From the NCBI GenBank assembly GCA_030390025.1, contig CM059425.1, forward strand, positions 177,074,001 through 177,138,000: a DNA stretch of 64,000 bases, in the 5' to 3' direction. Under the pieces are notes generated by a model. That model had not been told where the DNA came from. It was given only the letters and a program-made list of their open reading frames with translations, and made no database searches. Shown here in pieces: positions 51,948 to 64,000 of the stretch (positions within the stretch are counted from its first letter, which is position 1; every line of letters starts with the position of its first letter). The position numbers and the translations under genes are program-made. Source of the DNA: Squalus acanthias. Lineage: Eukaryota.

Positions 51948-52332
51948 CTCTTTCTGCCTCTCTTCTAGAAAGAGAAACTCTTGGTACCATTGCTCATGCT
52001 GCATTATGTCCTCTTGGGTCTTCCCAACCAAATACTGCAGAGCCTCTTCAATGAATGATGGCCTTCCTTTGTGTTTTATCCAGACTTTGAGAAAGTTCTG
52101 ATGGTCAAAATCATCCCAGCCACCTTGGCGTCCTGTCCGCTGAAGGAACTTTTGAAATTCTGCAATTTCAACCAGCACATTATCTGGATCAGATTTAATT
52201 GATGATCCTTTCGCTAAGGTAGTCTTGGGTGTCACTGTTGCTGTTGGAGTCTGGGCCCATCCTTCCATTTTTTTTTCCACAGCTAAAATTTCCTGAGTGG
52301 TAGTCTTTTCTTCCTTCATAAGTTCTTCATAC
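51948..52332 (-). CDS. CCDC112: CCDC112 exon (YEELMKEEKTTTQE...GRQGGWDDFDHQNFLKVW...LEERQKE)
   Basis: aattcag|GTATGAA...AAAGAG|gtaggg, 385 nt. GGWDD.DHQNF.KVW motif. Confidence 0.95.
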
Positions 52333-53069
52333 CTGAATTAAAAATGGAAGAGAAATCACATTGAAAATGTAATTAAAAAGGAGCTCTACGGTATAATTCT
52401 AAACATTTACAATATATTTCATTACCTCTTACAACAGCCAAAACGCAATAGAGGAGATATACACACACACACATACTTTTCCCTCCTTCAGCCTGATCCT
52501 ATACCTGCATTTCTTGTGCACACACACATCAACGGTCCACATTTTAGGTCTCATATTCGCCTGACCTCATTTGCAGACAAAAATCAGCTGATCCTTTTAG
52601 TTTGCAATGCTTGTGCTGCCATGTCATATGTTTCTGCAAGTGAAAGAAACCACGTTCTCTGCTTACCCACCAGGTAGTAGAGAATTCACTCCTGAACAAA
52701 AGCTCCTTCAAGGCTTCAAAGAAGAAAATATTAAATCATTTTCTATGTGATGGAACTTAATGGAAATCAGGAAAAACTGAATGGGAGGGGTGAAAAAAAT
52801 TGTTGATTCTAAATTTTCACAAGGCTTAGATTTTAAGGACAGTTTGACTTGTTATTGTTATATGTTAACTGAAATTTATTGAATTCGAAATATATTTAAA
52901 CTTTTATTCTAATAGGTAGCTTTGTGCACTACAAACACCATATGCCAACCATCCACATTGGACCCTGTGCCAATGCTTGTGCATGATAACTAGTGACAGC
53001 TGGTGGACTGATTCAAACTTCCTCTACATCACTTCATGAAACTGCCACATCAGTCTCTGCGGAAGCTTA

Positions 53070-53440
53070 GGTGGTAACCACCTTAAACATTCACTCCCTC
53101 CACCACCGGCGCACTGTGTTTGCAGTGCAGCACCTCCCAAACCCACAACCTCTACCACCTAGAAGGACAAAGGCAGCAGGCGCATGGGAACACCACCATC
53201 TCCAAGTTCCCCTCCAAATCACACACCATCTTGACTTGGAAATATATCACCGTTCCTTCATTATCGCTGGGTCAAAATCCTGGAACTCTCTACCTAACAG
53301 CACTGCGGGAGTACCTTCACCACATGGACTGCAGCGGTTAAAGAAGCCGGCTCACCATCATCTTCTCAAGGGCAATTAGGGATGGGCAATAAATGCTGGC
53401 TTTGCTAGCGATGCCCACATCCCGTGAATGAATTTTAAAA
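53070..53440 (+). mobile_element. 3' end of the LINE family also at 57138-61368
   Basis: SFIIAGSKSWNSLP..HHHLLKGN plus tail aataaatgctggc..gcgatgcccacatccc. Confidence 0.85.
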
Positions 53441-53716
53441 AATGCATACATGCTGCCATGTCACAGAAGAAGTATTTTTCTCTTCAAGATTATTTTCTGG
53501 AATTTTTCTTAGTGATCACAGGAATACACAAGGTTAATATTAGTTTCTGCAAATTACAGGAATCTACATTACAGTCTGGTAGACATTTATTTGTATCCGA
53601 TACTTGATCTTATTGAAGAATAGGGAGTTTAATATGCCAATATCAATTGAATGCAGCATCATTGGTGTCAATCTATTAATTATATTCTTGATAGCTGTCT
53701 GGACAACATGTTATAA

Positions 53717-54780
53717 GAACATAAGAAATAGGAGCAGGAGTAGGCCACTTGGCCCCTCGAGCCTGCTCCACCATTCAATAAGATCATGGCTGATCTTGGG
53801 CTCAAAACCACTTCCCTGCCCGCTCCCCATAACCCCTCACTCCCTTATCTTGCAAAATTCTGTCCATCTCCACCTTAAATGTATTTAATGACCCAGCCTC
53901 CACAGCTCTCTGGGGCAGAGAATTCCACAGATTTACGACCCTCAGAGAAAAAATTCCTCCTCATCTCAGTTGTAAAAGGGCGACCCTTTATTCCGAAACT
54001 ATGCCCCCGAGTTCTAGATTTCCCCACGAGGGGAAACATCCTCTCTGCATCTACCTTGTCGAGCCCCCTCAGTATCTTATATATTTCAATAAGATCACCT
54101 CTCATTCTTCTAAATTCCAATGAGTATAGGCCCAACCTGCTCAACCTTTCTTCATAAGTCAACCCTCTCATCTCTGGAATTAACCTAGTGAATCGTCTCC
54201 AAACTGCCTCCAATGCAAGTATATCCTTCCTTAAATAAGGAGACCAAAACTGTACGCAGTACTCAAGGTGTGGTCTCACCAATACCCTGTACAGTTGTAG
54301 CAGGACTTCCCTGCTTTTATACTCCAACCCCCTTGCAATAAAGGCCAACATTCCATTTGCCTTTTTGATTACTTGCTGTATCTGCATGCTAACTTTTTGT
54401 GTTTCATGCACCAGGTCCCTCTGAACTGTAGCATTTTGTAATCTCTCTCCATTTAAATAATAATTTGCTTTTTTATTTTTCCTGCCAAAGTGGATAACCT
54501 TGCACTTTCCCACATTATACTCCATCTGCCAAATGTGTGCCCACTCACTTAGCCTGTCTATATCCCTTTGCGTCCTCTGCACAACTTATTTTCCCACCCA
54601 TCTTTGTATCATCCGCAAACTTGGCTACATTACACTCGGTCCCTTCATCCAAGTCATTAATGTAGATTGTAAACAGTTGAGGCCCCAGCACCGATCCCTG
54701 TGGCACCCCACTAGTTACCGTTTGCCAACTGGAAAATGACCCATTTATCCCAACTCTCTGCTTTCTGTTAGTTAGCCAAT
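53717..54780 (-). mobile_element. CR1 LINE 3' half
   Basis: ORFs 54545..54799 and 53875..54582 carry CR1 RT motifs and the 3' UTR. Confidence 0.93.
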
Positions 54781-55600
54781 TCCAGTCATCATAGGTCATA
54801 CAAAGTAGATTGGGTCAAACATCCTCATGAATCCCAGGAGAGGCAAAAATCGAGACCATCTGTTCAGCTGACTCGGCTGTCCTAGCAACGAACCCTCGTA
54901 CAAGGGGAATTCGAGCTTGAGATGGCAGGAGGAGAGTAGGAAGGTAGAGTAGTGGTGGGAGATCAAAATTCCTCAAAAGGAGAGAAACAAAGGTGGCATG
55001 ACTGGGTGACCCGAAGGGAAGGAGACAGGAGAGAAAGGCTCTATCACCTCAAGTTGCTCCCACCTCTAACACCACCAATGACAGACATGTACTTCACCCT
55101 AGTGTTATAAATTACTCTCTCAAGACACAACCTAAGTTTCTCAGAACAAAACCACTAATTGTACTGCTGGCTGTTTTTCCACAGTTCAATTGGAGATAGT
55201 ACAAAAGTTTCAAATCCCCACTGGGCTTTATAATTCACTGAAATCCTAAATGACCATGACAAAGTGGCACCAAAACGCAATACAACCGTGAAATTAATTT
55301 TTATGCTGGTAAATTTAAAGCTGTTCTACAGAGATATTGAAAAATACGATCACAGACTGGGAATATACGCACCATTAGGCTATAACAAATTTGCAGACAC
55401 TTCAGGGTTGAAATATCAGCTTCAAAGATCCAATTTTGACTTTCATTGTGTTTATCTTTCTTTGGTCCTAAATGCTCTTCTACCCATATGCAATTTCAAT
55501 TGGGTCTTCAACTAAAGCATTAACATATCTACACGCAATTCACTAAAAGCTGAGCACCACTGCAACAATTCAGAGAAGTCCAGAACATTTAAGAACTTAC

Positions 55601-55676
55601 ATCTGCCGTTGTTCTTCTTTAAAGACACTGATTGCATCTTCAACTTCTTCCATTATTTCTCTCAACTTTTCTATAA
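55601..55676 (-). CDS. CCDC112: CCDC112 exon (FIEKLREIMEEVEDAISVFKEEQRQ)
   Basis: ttttcag|TTATAG...GCAGAT|gtaagt, 76 nt; in phase with both neighbours. Confidence 0.93.
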
Positions 55677-57137
55677 CTGAAAACATCATACTTCTTAATC
55701 CATTAGTACATGTGAGCAAATGCCATAATAACCACCATTGGTAATAGTTGTATAAATGAACAATGTACTTGAAAAGGAGATAGATTTGAAACTATTTAAA
55801 CAAACAGACCACACCATTAGGGGAAATGATCCAATCCCAGGTACACTAGATACTAACCTGGGTTCAGTGGCATCAGCCACTTACTGAAGTGGTCCGAGTG
55901 CCTTACTTTTATGGGAGTTGACTCACACTGTCCTATATCTAATTGTGATAGCATAATCCAAGGATATAACAATAACAACCCTTGTGATCTGGACCAGATA
56001 TTGTTTTACACACATGTAATTCTTTAATCTCTCTGAAGGCAGACAGAGTGAACATTTAGCAAGGTGAGGCTCGATACAAATTGTTAAGCTGCTTTATTTC
56101 ACATCACGCAACATTACCTCACGTGAGTGGGTCGTTTCTCTTAATTTAATACAGAATAACTCCTCTGCATTCTGGCTTACAGCCCAGAGCAGACCTCCTT
56201 TCCCTGCAGCCTCCTGTCTCATCAGAGCCTGCCTTTCTGGGCACTCTGTCTTGCAACTTCTCTATTGCCAAAACATAACTGCCCTCAGTCTTTTTTCCCC
56301 TCCAAAAAAGCCTGTCCCTATTTATCTTTTTCTTCACAAACAGACCAATATCAAATAGCTTTCCAAAACAATAACTGTGAGGTGTTCTTTGAATACCCAC
56401 GCAAGCTAACAAATTGCTTGTTTGGTGTCTAAGGAAGTCAACTTCCATTTAGCACATTAACCACCCTTTGTCTAAATGCCTATTAAAAAAAACCTTGAAA
56501 ATATATTTTGCTTAAAAGAATAACCAATATTAAAAGTAACCGTTAATTTCATCCTTTCTGTGGAACAAAATGGTCAAAAAATCCTGAAATGTTACAGCAT
56601 TATAAGTGTCAGACTTAAGTCAAGGCTTATAAATTGGAATCCAAGTCTGGATTAACATCCAAACTTCCTAGTTCTCACCTAGTCCATGAGATGAAGCGCT
56701 GCATAGAAGCAGAGAATCTCTAGTTCAAGAGTAATTTGGTAGTCAACTGTGGAAGTACAATTCTTGACACAATCCTAAAACAGCACTAATAGCAACCATG
56801 GTCAGTTGTCCAAATTGTTCCAACCTTCTCATTAAAGGAGTGGCTGCAGAAGGTAAAATTAGGGATTGACAGATCTCAGATCTTTGTTGACCATCTAAAG
56901 ATATCAGACATAGTAAGCAATGAGTTATGCATAAATGTTAAAATAATGCTGAGATGGTCTCTTGTTTTATACAATACTGCTATTGAACAGTTCAAAATTT
57001 TACAAGTCATTTCATTTATTAACTCATTAAAGAAAATATCCAAACATGCAGGAACCTGACATCGCTGATAGAATCTACAGCATAGAAACAGGCCATTTGG
57101 CTCAACTGGTCTATGCCAGGTGTTTATACTCCACACG

Positions 57138-60100
57138 AGCACTGAGGGTAGCAAGGGCACAGAATGTACTCTGGGTGGGGGACTTCAATGTCCATTACCA
57201 AGAGTGGCTCAGTAGCACCACTAATGACCAAGCTGGCAGAGTCTTGAAGGACATAGCTGCCAGACTGCGGCAGATGGTCAGAGAACCAACACGAGGGGAA
57301 AAACCTACTTGACCTCGTCCTCACCAATCTACCTGTCCCAGATACATCTGTCCATGACAGCATTGGTAGCAGGGATCAACACATAGTCATTGTGGAGACG
57401 AAGTCCCGTCTTCACACTGAGAAAATGGAATATGAGCACAAACTAGCGAAAAATATAAAAACGGATTGTAAAAGCTTCTATAGGTATGTGAAAAGGAAAA
57501 GACTGGCGAAGGTAAATGTAGGTCCTTTACAGTCAGAGATGGGAGAATTTATAATGGGGAATGAGGAAATGGCTGAGAAATTAAATAAATACTTTGTTTC
57601 TGTCTTCATGGAGGAAGACACAAAAAACCTCCCAGAAATACGAGAAAACCAAGAGTGTGGCGAGAATGAGGAACTTAAAGAAATTATTAGTAAAATAAAC
57701 AGTACTAGCAAAGTTAATGGGACTAAAAGTCGATAAATCCCAAGGACCGGATAACCCACATCCTAGGGTTTTGAAAGAGGTGGCCATTGGGATAGTGGAC
57801 GCATTGGTTGTCATCTTCCAAAATTCTATAGATTCGGGAACGGATCCTGCAGATTGGAGGATAGCAAATGTAACCCCACTATTTAAGAAAGGAGGGAGAG
57901 AGAAAACGGGGAACTACAGACCTGTTAGCCTCACATCAGTAGTTGGGAAAATGCTGGAACCTATTATAAAGGATGCAATAACTGGGCACTTAGAAACTAA
58001 TAGTAAGATTGGGCAGAGTCAACATGGATTTATGAAAGGGAAATTCTGTTTGACAAACCTATTGGAGTTCTTTGAGGATGCAACTAGTGGAGTAGACAAA
58101 GGGGAACCGGTAGATGTGGTGTATCTGGATTTTCAGAAGGCCTTCGATAAGGTCCCACACAAGAGGTTGGTGAACAAAATTAGGGCACATGGAATTGGGG
58201 GTAATATACTAGCATGGATTGAGAATTGGTTAACAGACAGAAAACAAAGAGTAGGGATAAACGGGTCTTTTTCAGGATGGCAGGCTGTGACTGGTGGGGT
58301 ACCGCAAGGATCAGTGCTTGGGCCCCAGCTATTCACAATCTATATCAATGATTTTGATGAGGGGACTAAATGTAACATTTCCAAATTTGCTGATGATACA
58401 AAGCTAGGTGGCAGTGTCAGTTGCGAAGAGGATGTGAAGAGGCTTCAAGGGGATCTCGACAGGCTGAGTGAGTGAGCGAGAACATGGCAGATGGAATATA
58501 ATGTGGATAAATGTGAAGTTATCCACTTTGGTAGAAAAAACAGAAAGGCAGAGTATTTCCTAAATGTTGAAAGATTGGGGAATGCAGATGCTCAAAGGGA
58601 CCTGGGTGTCCTTGTACATGAGTCACTGAAAGTGAATGTGCAGGTGCAGCAGCCATTAGGAAGGCAAATGGTATGCTGGCCTTCATTACAAGAGGATGTG
58701 AGTACAGGAGTAAAGAAGTCTTACTCCAATTATATAGGGCCTTGGGGAGACCACACCTGGAGTACTGTGTACAATTTTGGTCTCCTTACCTAAGGAAGGA
58801 TATACTTGCCATAGAGGGAGTGCAATGAAGGTTCACGAGATTGATTCCTGGGATGGCGGGACTGTCGTATGAGAAGAGATTGAGTAAACTAGGCCTGTAT
58901 TCTCTTGAATTCAGAAGAATGAGAGGGGATCTCATTGAAGCATACAAAATTATTACAGGGCTTGATAGTGTGGATGCTGGGAGAATGTTTCCCTTGGCTG
59001 GGGAGTCTAGAACCAGGGGCCACAGCCTCAGGATAAAGGGTAGGCCATTCAGGACTGAGATGAGAAGAAATTTCTCAGAGGGTGGTGAATCTTTGGAATT
59101 CTCTACCCCAGAGGGCTGTGGTGGCTCAGTCATTGGGTATATTCAAAACAGAAGTCGATAGATTTCGGACTAGTAAAGGCATCAAGGGATATGGCGATAG
59201 GGCCGGTGAATGGAGTTGAGGCAGAAGATCAGCCATGATCTCATTGATTGGCAGAGCAGGCTCGAAGGGCCGAATGGTCTACTCCTGCTCCTATTTCTTA
59301 TGTTCTTATGACACCCTCCATCACGTGTTGTGCGGCACTACCACTGTGCTAAATGGGATAGACTCAGAACAGATCTAGCAGCTCAAAACTGGGCATCCAT
59401 GAGGTGCTGTGGGCCATTAGTAAGAGCAGAATTGTACTCCACCACAATCTGTAACCTCATGGCCCGGCATATCCCTCACTCTACCATTACCATCAAGCCA
59501 GGGGACCAACCCTGGTTCAATAAGGAGTGCAGAAGAGCATGCCAGGTGCAGCACCAGGCACACCTAAAAATGAGGTGCTAACCTGGGGAAGCTGCAACAC
59601 AGGACTATATGCATGATAAACAGCAAAAGCAGCATGCTATAAACAGAGCTAAGCGATCCCATAATCAACGGATCAGATCAAAGCTCTGCAGTCCTGCCAC
59701 ATCCAGTCGTGAATGGTGGTGGACAATTAAACAACTACATGAATATCCCCATCTTCAATGATGGCGCAGCCCAGCACGCGAGTGCAAAAGACATGACTGA
59801 AGTTTTTGCAACCATCTTCAGCCAGAAGTGCCGAGTGGATGATCCATACCGGCCTCCTCCTGACGTCCACACCATCACAGAAGCCAGTCTTCAGCCAATT
59901 CGATTCACTTCACGTGACATCAAGAAACAGCTGAGCGCACTAGATACAGCAAAGGCTATGTGCCCCGACAACATCTCGGCTGCCGTGCTGAGGATGTACG
60001 CTCCAGAACTAGCTGCGCCTCTAGCCAAGCTGTTCCAGTACAGCTACAACACTGGCACCCGGCAATGTGGAAAACTGCCCAGGTGTGTCCTCTCCTCAAA

Positions 60101-61368
60101 AAGCAGGACCAATCCAATCCGGCCAATTACCATCCCATCAGGTCTACTCTCAATCATCAGCAAAGTGATGGAAGGTGTCGTCAACAGTGCTATCAAGCGG
60201 CACTTACTCACCAATAACCTGCTCACCGATGCTCAGTTTGGGTTCTGCCGGGACCACTTGGCTTCAGACCTCATTACAGCCTTGGCCCAAACATGGACCA
60301 AAGGGCTGAATTCCAGAGGTGAGGTGAGAGTGACTGCCCTTGACGTCAAGGCAGCATTTGACAGAGTGTGGCATCAAGGAGCCCTAGTAAAATTGAAGTC
60401 AATGGGAATCAGGGGGAAAACTCTCCACTGGCTGGAGTCATACTTAGCACAAAGGAAGATGGTTGTGGTTGTCGGAGGGCAATCATCACAGCCCCAGGAT
60501 ATCGCTGCAGGAGTTCCTCAGGGCAATGTCCTAGGCCCAACCATCTTCAGCGGTTTCATCAATGACCTCCCCTCCATCACAAGGTCAGAAGTGAGGATAT
60601 TTGCTGATGATTGCACAGTATTCAGTTCCATTCGGAACTTCCCAGATATTGAAGCAGTCCATGCCCGCATGCTGCAAGACCTGGACGACGTTCAGGCTTG
60701 GGCTGATAAGTGGCAGGTAACAGTCGCGCCATACAAGTGCCAGGTAATGACTATCTCCAACCAGAAAGAGTCTAACTACTGCCCATTGACATTCAACAGC
60801 ATCACCAAATCCCCCACCATCACCATCCTGAGGGTCACTATTGACCAGAAACTTAACTGGACCAGCCACATAAATACTGTGGCTGCAAGAGCAGGTCAGA
60901 GGCTGGGTATTCTGTGGCGAGTGTCTCACCTCCTAACTCCCCAAAGCCTTTCCACCATCTACAAGGCACAAATCAGGAGTGTGATGGAATACTCTCCACT
61001 TGCCTGGATGAGTGCAGATCCAACAACACTCAAGAAGCTCGACACCATCCAGGACAAAGCAGCCCGCTTGATCGGCACCCCATCCACCATCGGTGCACCG
61101 TGGCTGCAGTGTGTACCATCACCTGCAAGTTCCCCATCAAATTACAAACCATCCTGACTTGGAAATATATCGCTGTTCCTTCATCATCGCTGGGTCAAAA
61201 TCCTGGCACTCACTTCCTAACAGCACTGTGGGAGTACCTTCACCACGCAGGCTGCAGCGGTTCAATAAGGCCGCTCACCACCATCTTCTCAAGGGCAATT
61301 AGGGATGGGCAATAAATGCTGGCCTTGCCAGCGATGCCCATATCCCAGGAACGAACATTAAAAAAAAA
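57138..61368 (+). mobile_element. CR1-clade LINE (second family) with a nested CR1 at 57421-59310
   Basis: Endonuclease VGDFN...LDLVLTN at 57170-57330 resumes at 59310. 482-aa RT ORF 59709..61157 (QFGF, LDVKAAFDRVWH, GVPQG, FADD); A-rich tail. Confidence 0.9.
57421..59310 (+). mobile_element. 5'-truncated CR1 LINE nested in the above
   Basis: 252-aa RT ORF 57717..58475 and (TTCTTATG)n tail. Host sequence cacactgag|gacaccctcc rejoins across it. Confidence 0.93.
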
Positions 61369-61751
61369 TCCTCCCACTCTGCCGCTGTATTCCTTTCTCC
61401 CTCATGTTTGCATCAAGCCTCCCATTAATTGTATCAATGCAATCTGGCGAGTTCCACATTCTCACCACTCAAAAGAATATTTTATTTGAAAAGGCTATTT
61501 CTTGTAAGTAGTATATTCCATTCTTTTCTGGTGTCGATTGCATAAAAGAAAAATCATACTACAATTTTCATCCTAGTGTTATTTTATCATTGACTTTTGG
61601 TTTAAAAATAATCCTCACACATACTGCAATACAAATTGCACAGCTTGTACTAGGAGACCTAAAGCACTTATGCACAGCTTTAGGTATTACACTATATAGC
61701 ACATAATCACAATCATGGATACACATATTTTTGTTTGCATGTAGTACATAC

Positions 61752-61841
61752 ATTCTGGAGTGGGTTTGACATCCTTTAGCTGGCTCTGGAATCTCTTCAC
61801 GTTGTGACGTATTTTTGCAAGTTGTTGCTGAACCTTCATCT
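61752..61841 (-). CDS. CCDC112: CCDC112 exon (KMKVQQQLAKIRHNVKRFQSQLKDVKPTPE)
   Basis: tacaacag|AGATGA...CAGAAT|gtatgt, 90 nt. QQQLAKI..NVK...QLKDVKPTP motif. Confidence 0.94.
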
Positions 61842-62149
61842 CTGTTGTAAGAAAAATTCAGCCAAGAAATTACAAATTACATTTAATCTAAAAAAGGCCC
61901 CATCAAAATATAAAAAGTCACCTATTAAGATCACCACTTGTGCCAAAACTTTCTACTTTCTCCATTTATTATCTTCAAATCATAGCCTTATCTTAGATAG
62001 TATGTAAATCAATGTTTATCTTGTCTATTTATTTTGAACAACTGCCATACTATTAAGTTACCTCAAAACGCTGATAAATTTAAATATCTTCTGAATGGCC
62101 GATTCAAGTGTTCTTCAAAGGGCATTTTTGAAAGACTAGCAGTTAGATA

Positions 62150-62545
62150 GGATCATTCAAGTACCTCAGAAACGTTTCAAAGCACTACACAGCCAATGAA
62201 TTTCTTTGCAATGCAGAGACTATTGTTATTGTAGTTATTTAGGACACAGCAAGATCCCACAAAAACAGAAAGGTGAATGACCAGTTCATCTGTATGTTGT
62301 ACTAGTTGAGGGAGGAACATTGATTAAACACTGAGAAGTCTCTGTCCTTCTTCAAATAGTGCTGTGGAATCTTTACCAGCTACCCAAACTACTGAAATAG
62401 GCAGAGTGGGCCTTCTGCTTAACAACTCAAATACAACATACAATAATGCAGCAGTCCTGCTTTAATGACAGCCTAGATTATGGACTCGAGCTGGAGTGCA
62501 TCTTGAACCCAGAGCCTTCTGTCTCAGAGGCGAGTGTTACCAACT
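62150..62545 (-). mobile_element. Diverged SacSINE1/Deu-like SINE
   Basis: Shared blocks acagccaatgaa, cttcttcaaatagtgctgtgg, cagcctagattatg, cttgaaccc. Confidence 0.6.
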
Positions 62546-62730
62546 GATACAATGCATAAAAATACAGCAGTAGTAAGCAGAGATCTGGGCACATAAACAG
62601 AGCAAGATGCATTCTATTCTTAATTAGAAAAAGAGAGAAAAAGCACAGGTTGGCATGACAGTATGGAGAAAATTGTGAATGCATATGAATGAAGAAAAGC
62701 AAAGCACCCAAAAAATTGATGAATTCCTAC

Positions 62731-62852
62731 TTTCTGTTTTACTGTTGTTGGTCAGCTTCAGCTCCAGTTCTTCAAGTGTGCTATATTCAGCTCTAAACCC
62801 ATTCCTTTTATTGAAAAGATGGGTATTCTTGTCCTTTTCTAAATTGGCTATT
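62731..62852 (-). CDS. CCDC112: CCDC112 most 5' exon in window (IANLEKDKNTHLFNKRNGFRAEYSTLEELELKLTNNSKTE)
   Basis: Within ORF 62624..62920. atccag|AATAGC...AGAAA|gtagga, 122 nt. Start exon(s) not seen; presumably right of the window. Confidence 0.9.
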
Positions 62853-63358
62853 CTGGATTGGGGAAAAAATATCAATAAACTAGAATTCTTAATATTTTGT
62901 GTGCAAAAGAAGCATTCCAACTAACAATGTAGTGTCAAAAATTATTCTATTTGTACTTCTTCATAATTGAATGACCAGTGACAGACACTATTAGTCTGCA
63001 TTTCAAATACTCAGCTAATTTTATTTATTCTGCAGTTATACTATAATCAGCTTGGTAATATCTACACACACCACAAAAAAGATTTCACTGTAAGATGCTA
63101 ATAACAAGTACTTATATTCTCTCCTGAAAGCATCGACTTACAGTGAAATACAATTCTGCATGCACTGGCAGCCCTTTGATATCTTGACCAAACAATTGTT
63201 CTTCACATGCTAGTCGAGAAAGTGAGCATCTGCAGGTTATTGGACCATGCAAGGGCACTGCAGCCAAGCTCAATCATTTCTTCATCCAACATCCACAAAA
63301 GTGCACTTTCTAACAGATGGGATGAAAAAACAAAAAATTGCTAAAAAAGGTCTGAACT

Positions 63359-63561
63359 AAAAACAGAAAATGCTAGCAACACTTAGCAGGTCAGATGGTA
63401 TCCGTGGAGAGAACAGATGAGTTTACATTTCAGGTACAGACTCTTAGTCACAACAGTTATTCTGAGTTCTCATGAAGGGTTGACATCTGAAATGCTAACT
63501 CATCTGTTCTCTTCACAAATGCTGACTGACCTGTTGAGTGTTTCCAGCATGTTCTGTTTTT
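63359..63561. mobile_element. Palindromic Penelope-like element terminal (pseudo-LTR) relic
   Basis: Long imperfect inverted repeat AAAACAGAAAATGCT..CACTTAGCAGGTCAG ... CTGACCTGTTGAGTGTTTCCAGCATGTTCTGTTTT, with degenerate hammerhead-like cores. Confidence 0.55.
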
Positions 63562-64000
63562 GGGTCAATAAATGGGAATCAGGTTTTCCCCTTCTTTGCC
63601 TGGGGCTGCTTAACCCAACTGTAGTGTCCTCACTGCTGCCTCGCTGAGATCAGTTAACTTCAACAATACTTAAAAGTCTGGGACTTTCGAGTATTTCTAA
63701 ATGTTCACATCAGATAAAATAAATGAAATTAGTGTATTTTTTCATTAAAATTGTAAATGCATACAACTTTAAAAAATAACTTTAGAAATCAGTTTCTCTT
63801 TGAAGTCTAAAATTATCAATCACTAAGACCTGAATCCAAAATGATGGAAATCTTAGAAAAAGATGAACTTCAGCAAACGCTATATTTGTTTTAAAACAAA
63901 AAAAGTGCAAGTTAACTGAAAATTGTGTGTGCTTATGTAGGATCTATTTAATAAGTAACTGGAACTTTAGTAGTCAATCATGTATAGCTTCCTTTTAAAG

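Noticed and set aside
59709..61157. 482-aa RT ORF as an active LINE or host gene
   Set aside because: The element is 5'-truncated, interrupted by another CR1, has upstream stops, and shows an apparent compensated frameshift inside the ORF.
62853..64000. Further upstream CCDC112 exon
   Set aside because: No splice-bounded frame with recognisable CCDC112 sequence was found; the region is AT-rich intron plus repeat relics.

Overview
Repeat-rich vertebrate DNA, most likely a cartilaginous fish (shark). This is inferred from HE1-like V-SINEs, SacSINE1/Deu-like SINEs and very abundant CR1 and L2 LINEs. Two spliced host genes lie in tandem on the minus strand, in the same order as in human. CCDC112 contributes 8 coding exons (62852 down to the stop at 38406); its 5' exons lie beyond the right edge. 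PGGT1B contributes exons 1-4 (ATG at 35048, CpG-island promoter); its later exons lie beyond the left edge. Every exon I list has GT-AG boundaries and joins in frame. The most striking item is a very young Ty3/Gypsy LTR retrotransposon in PGGT1B intron 1 (14810-19688; 194-bp LTRs differing at 1 nt; TSD CAGAC; single gag-pol ORF). It has no tRNA primer-binding site. Instead, an 11-nt segment after the 5' LTR is perfectly complementary to a segment in its own LTR (Tf1-style self-priming), and its RT motif is YLDN instead of YxDD. A still younger SINE has inserted into it. Other notable items are a decayed two-gene Harbinger transposon with a nested MITE and related GGCC-ended MITEs, an env-like/LTR retroviral remnant, and a Penelope-type palindrome with degenerate hammerhead motifs. 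All comparisons were made by eye; no searches were run.
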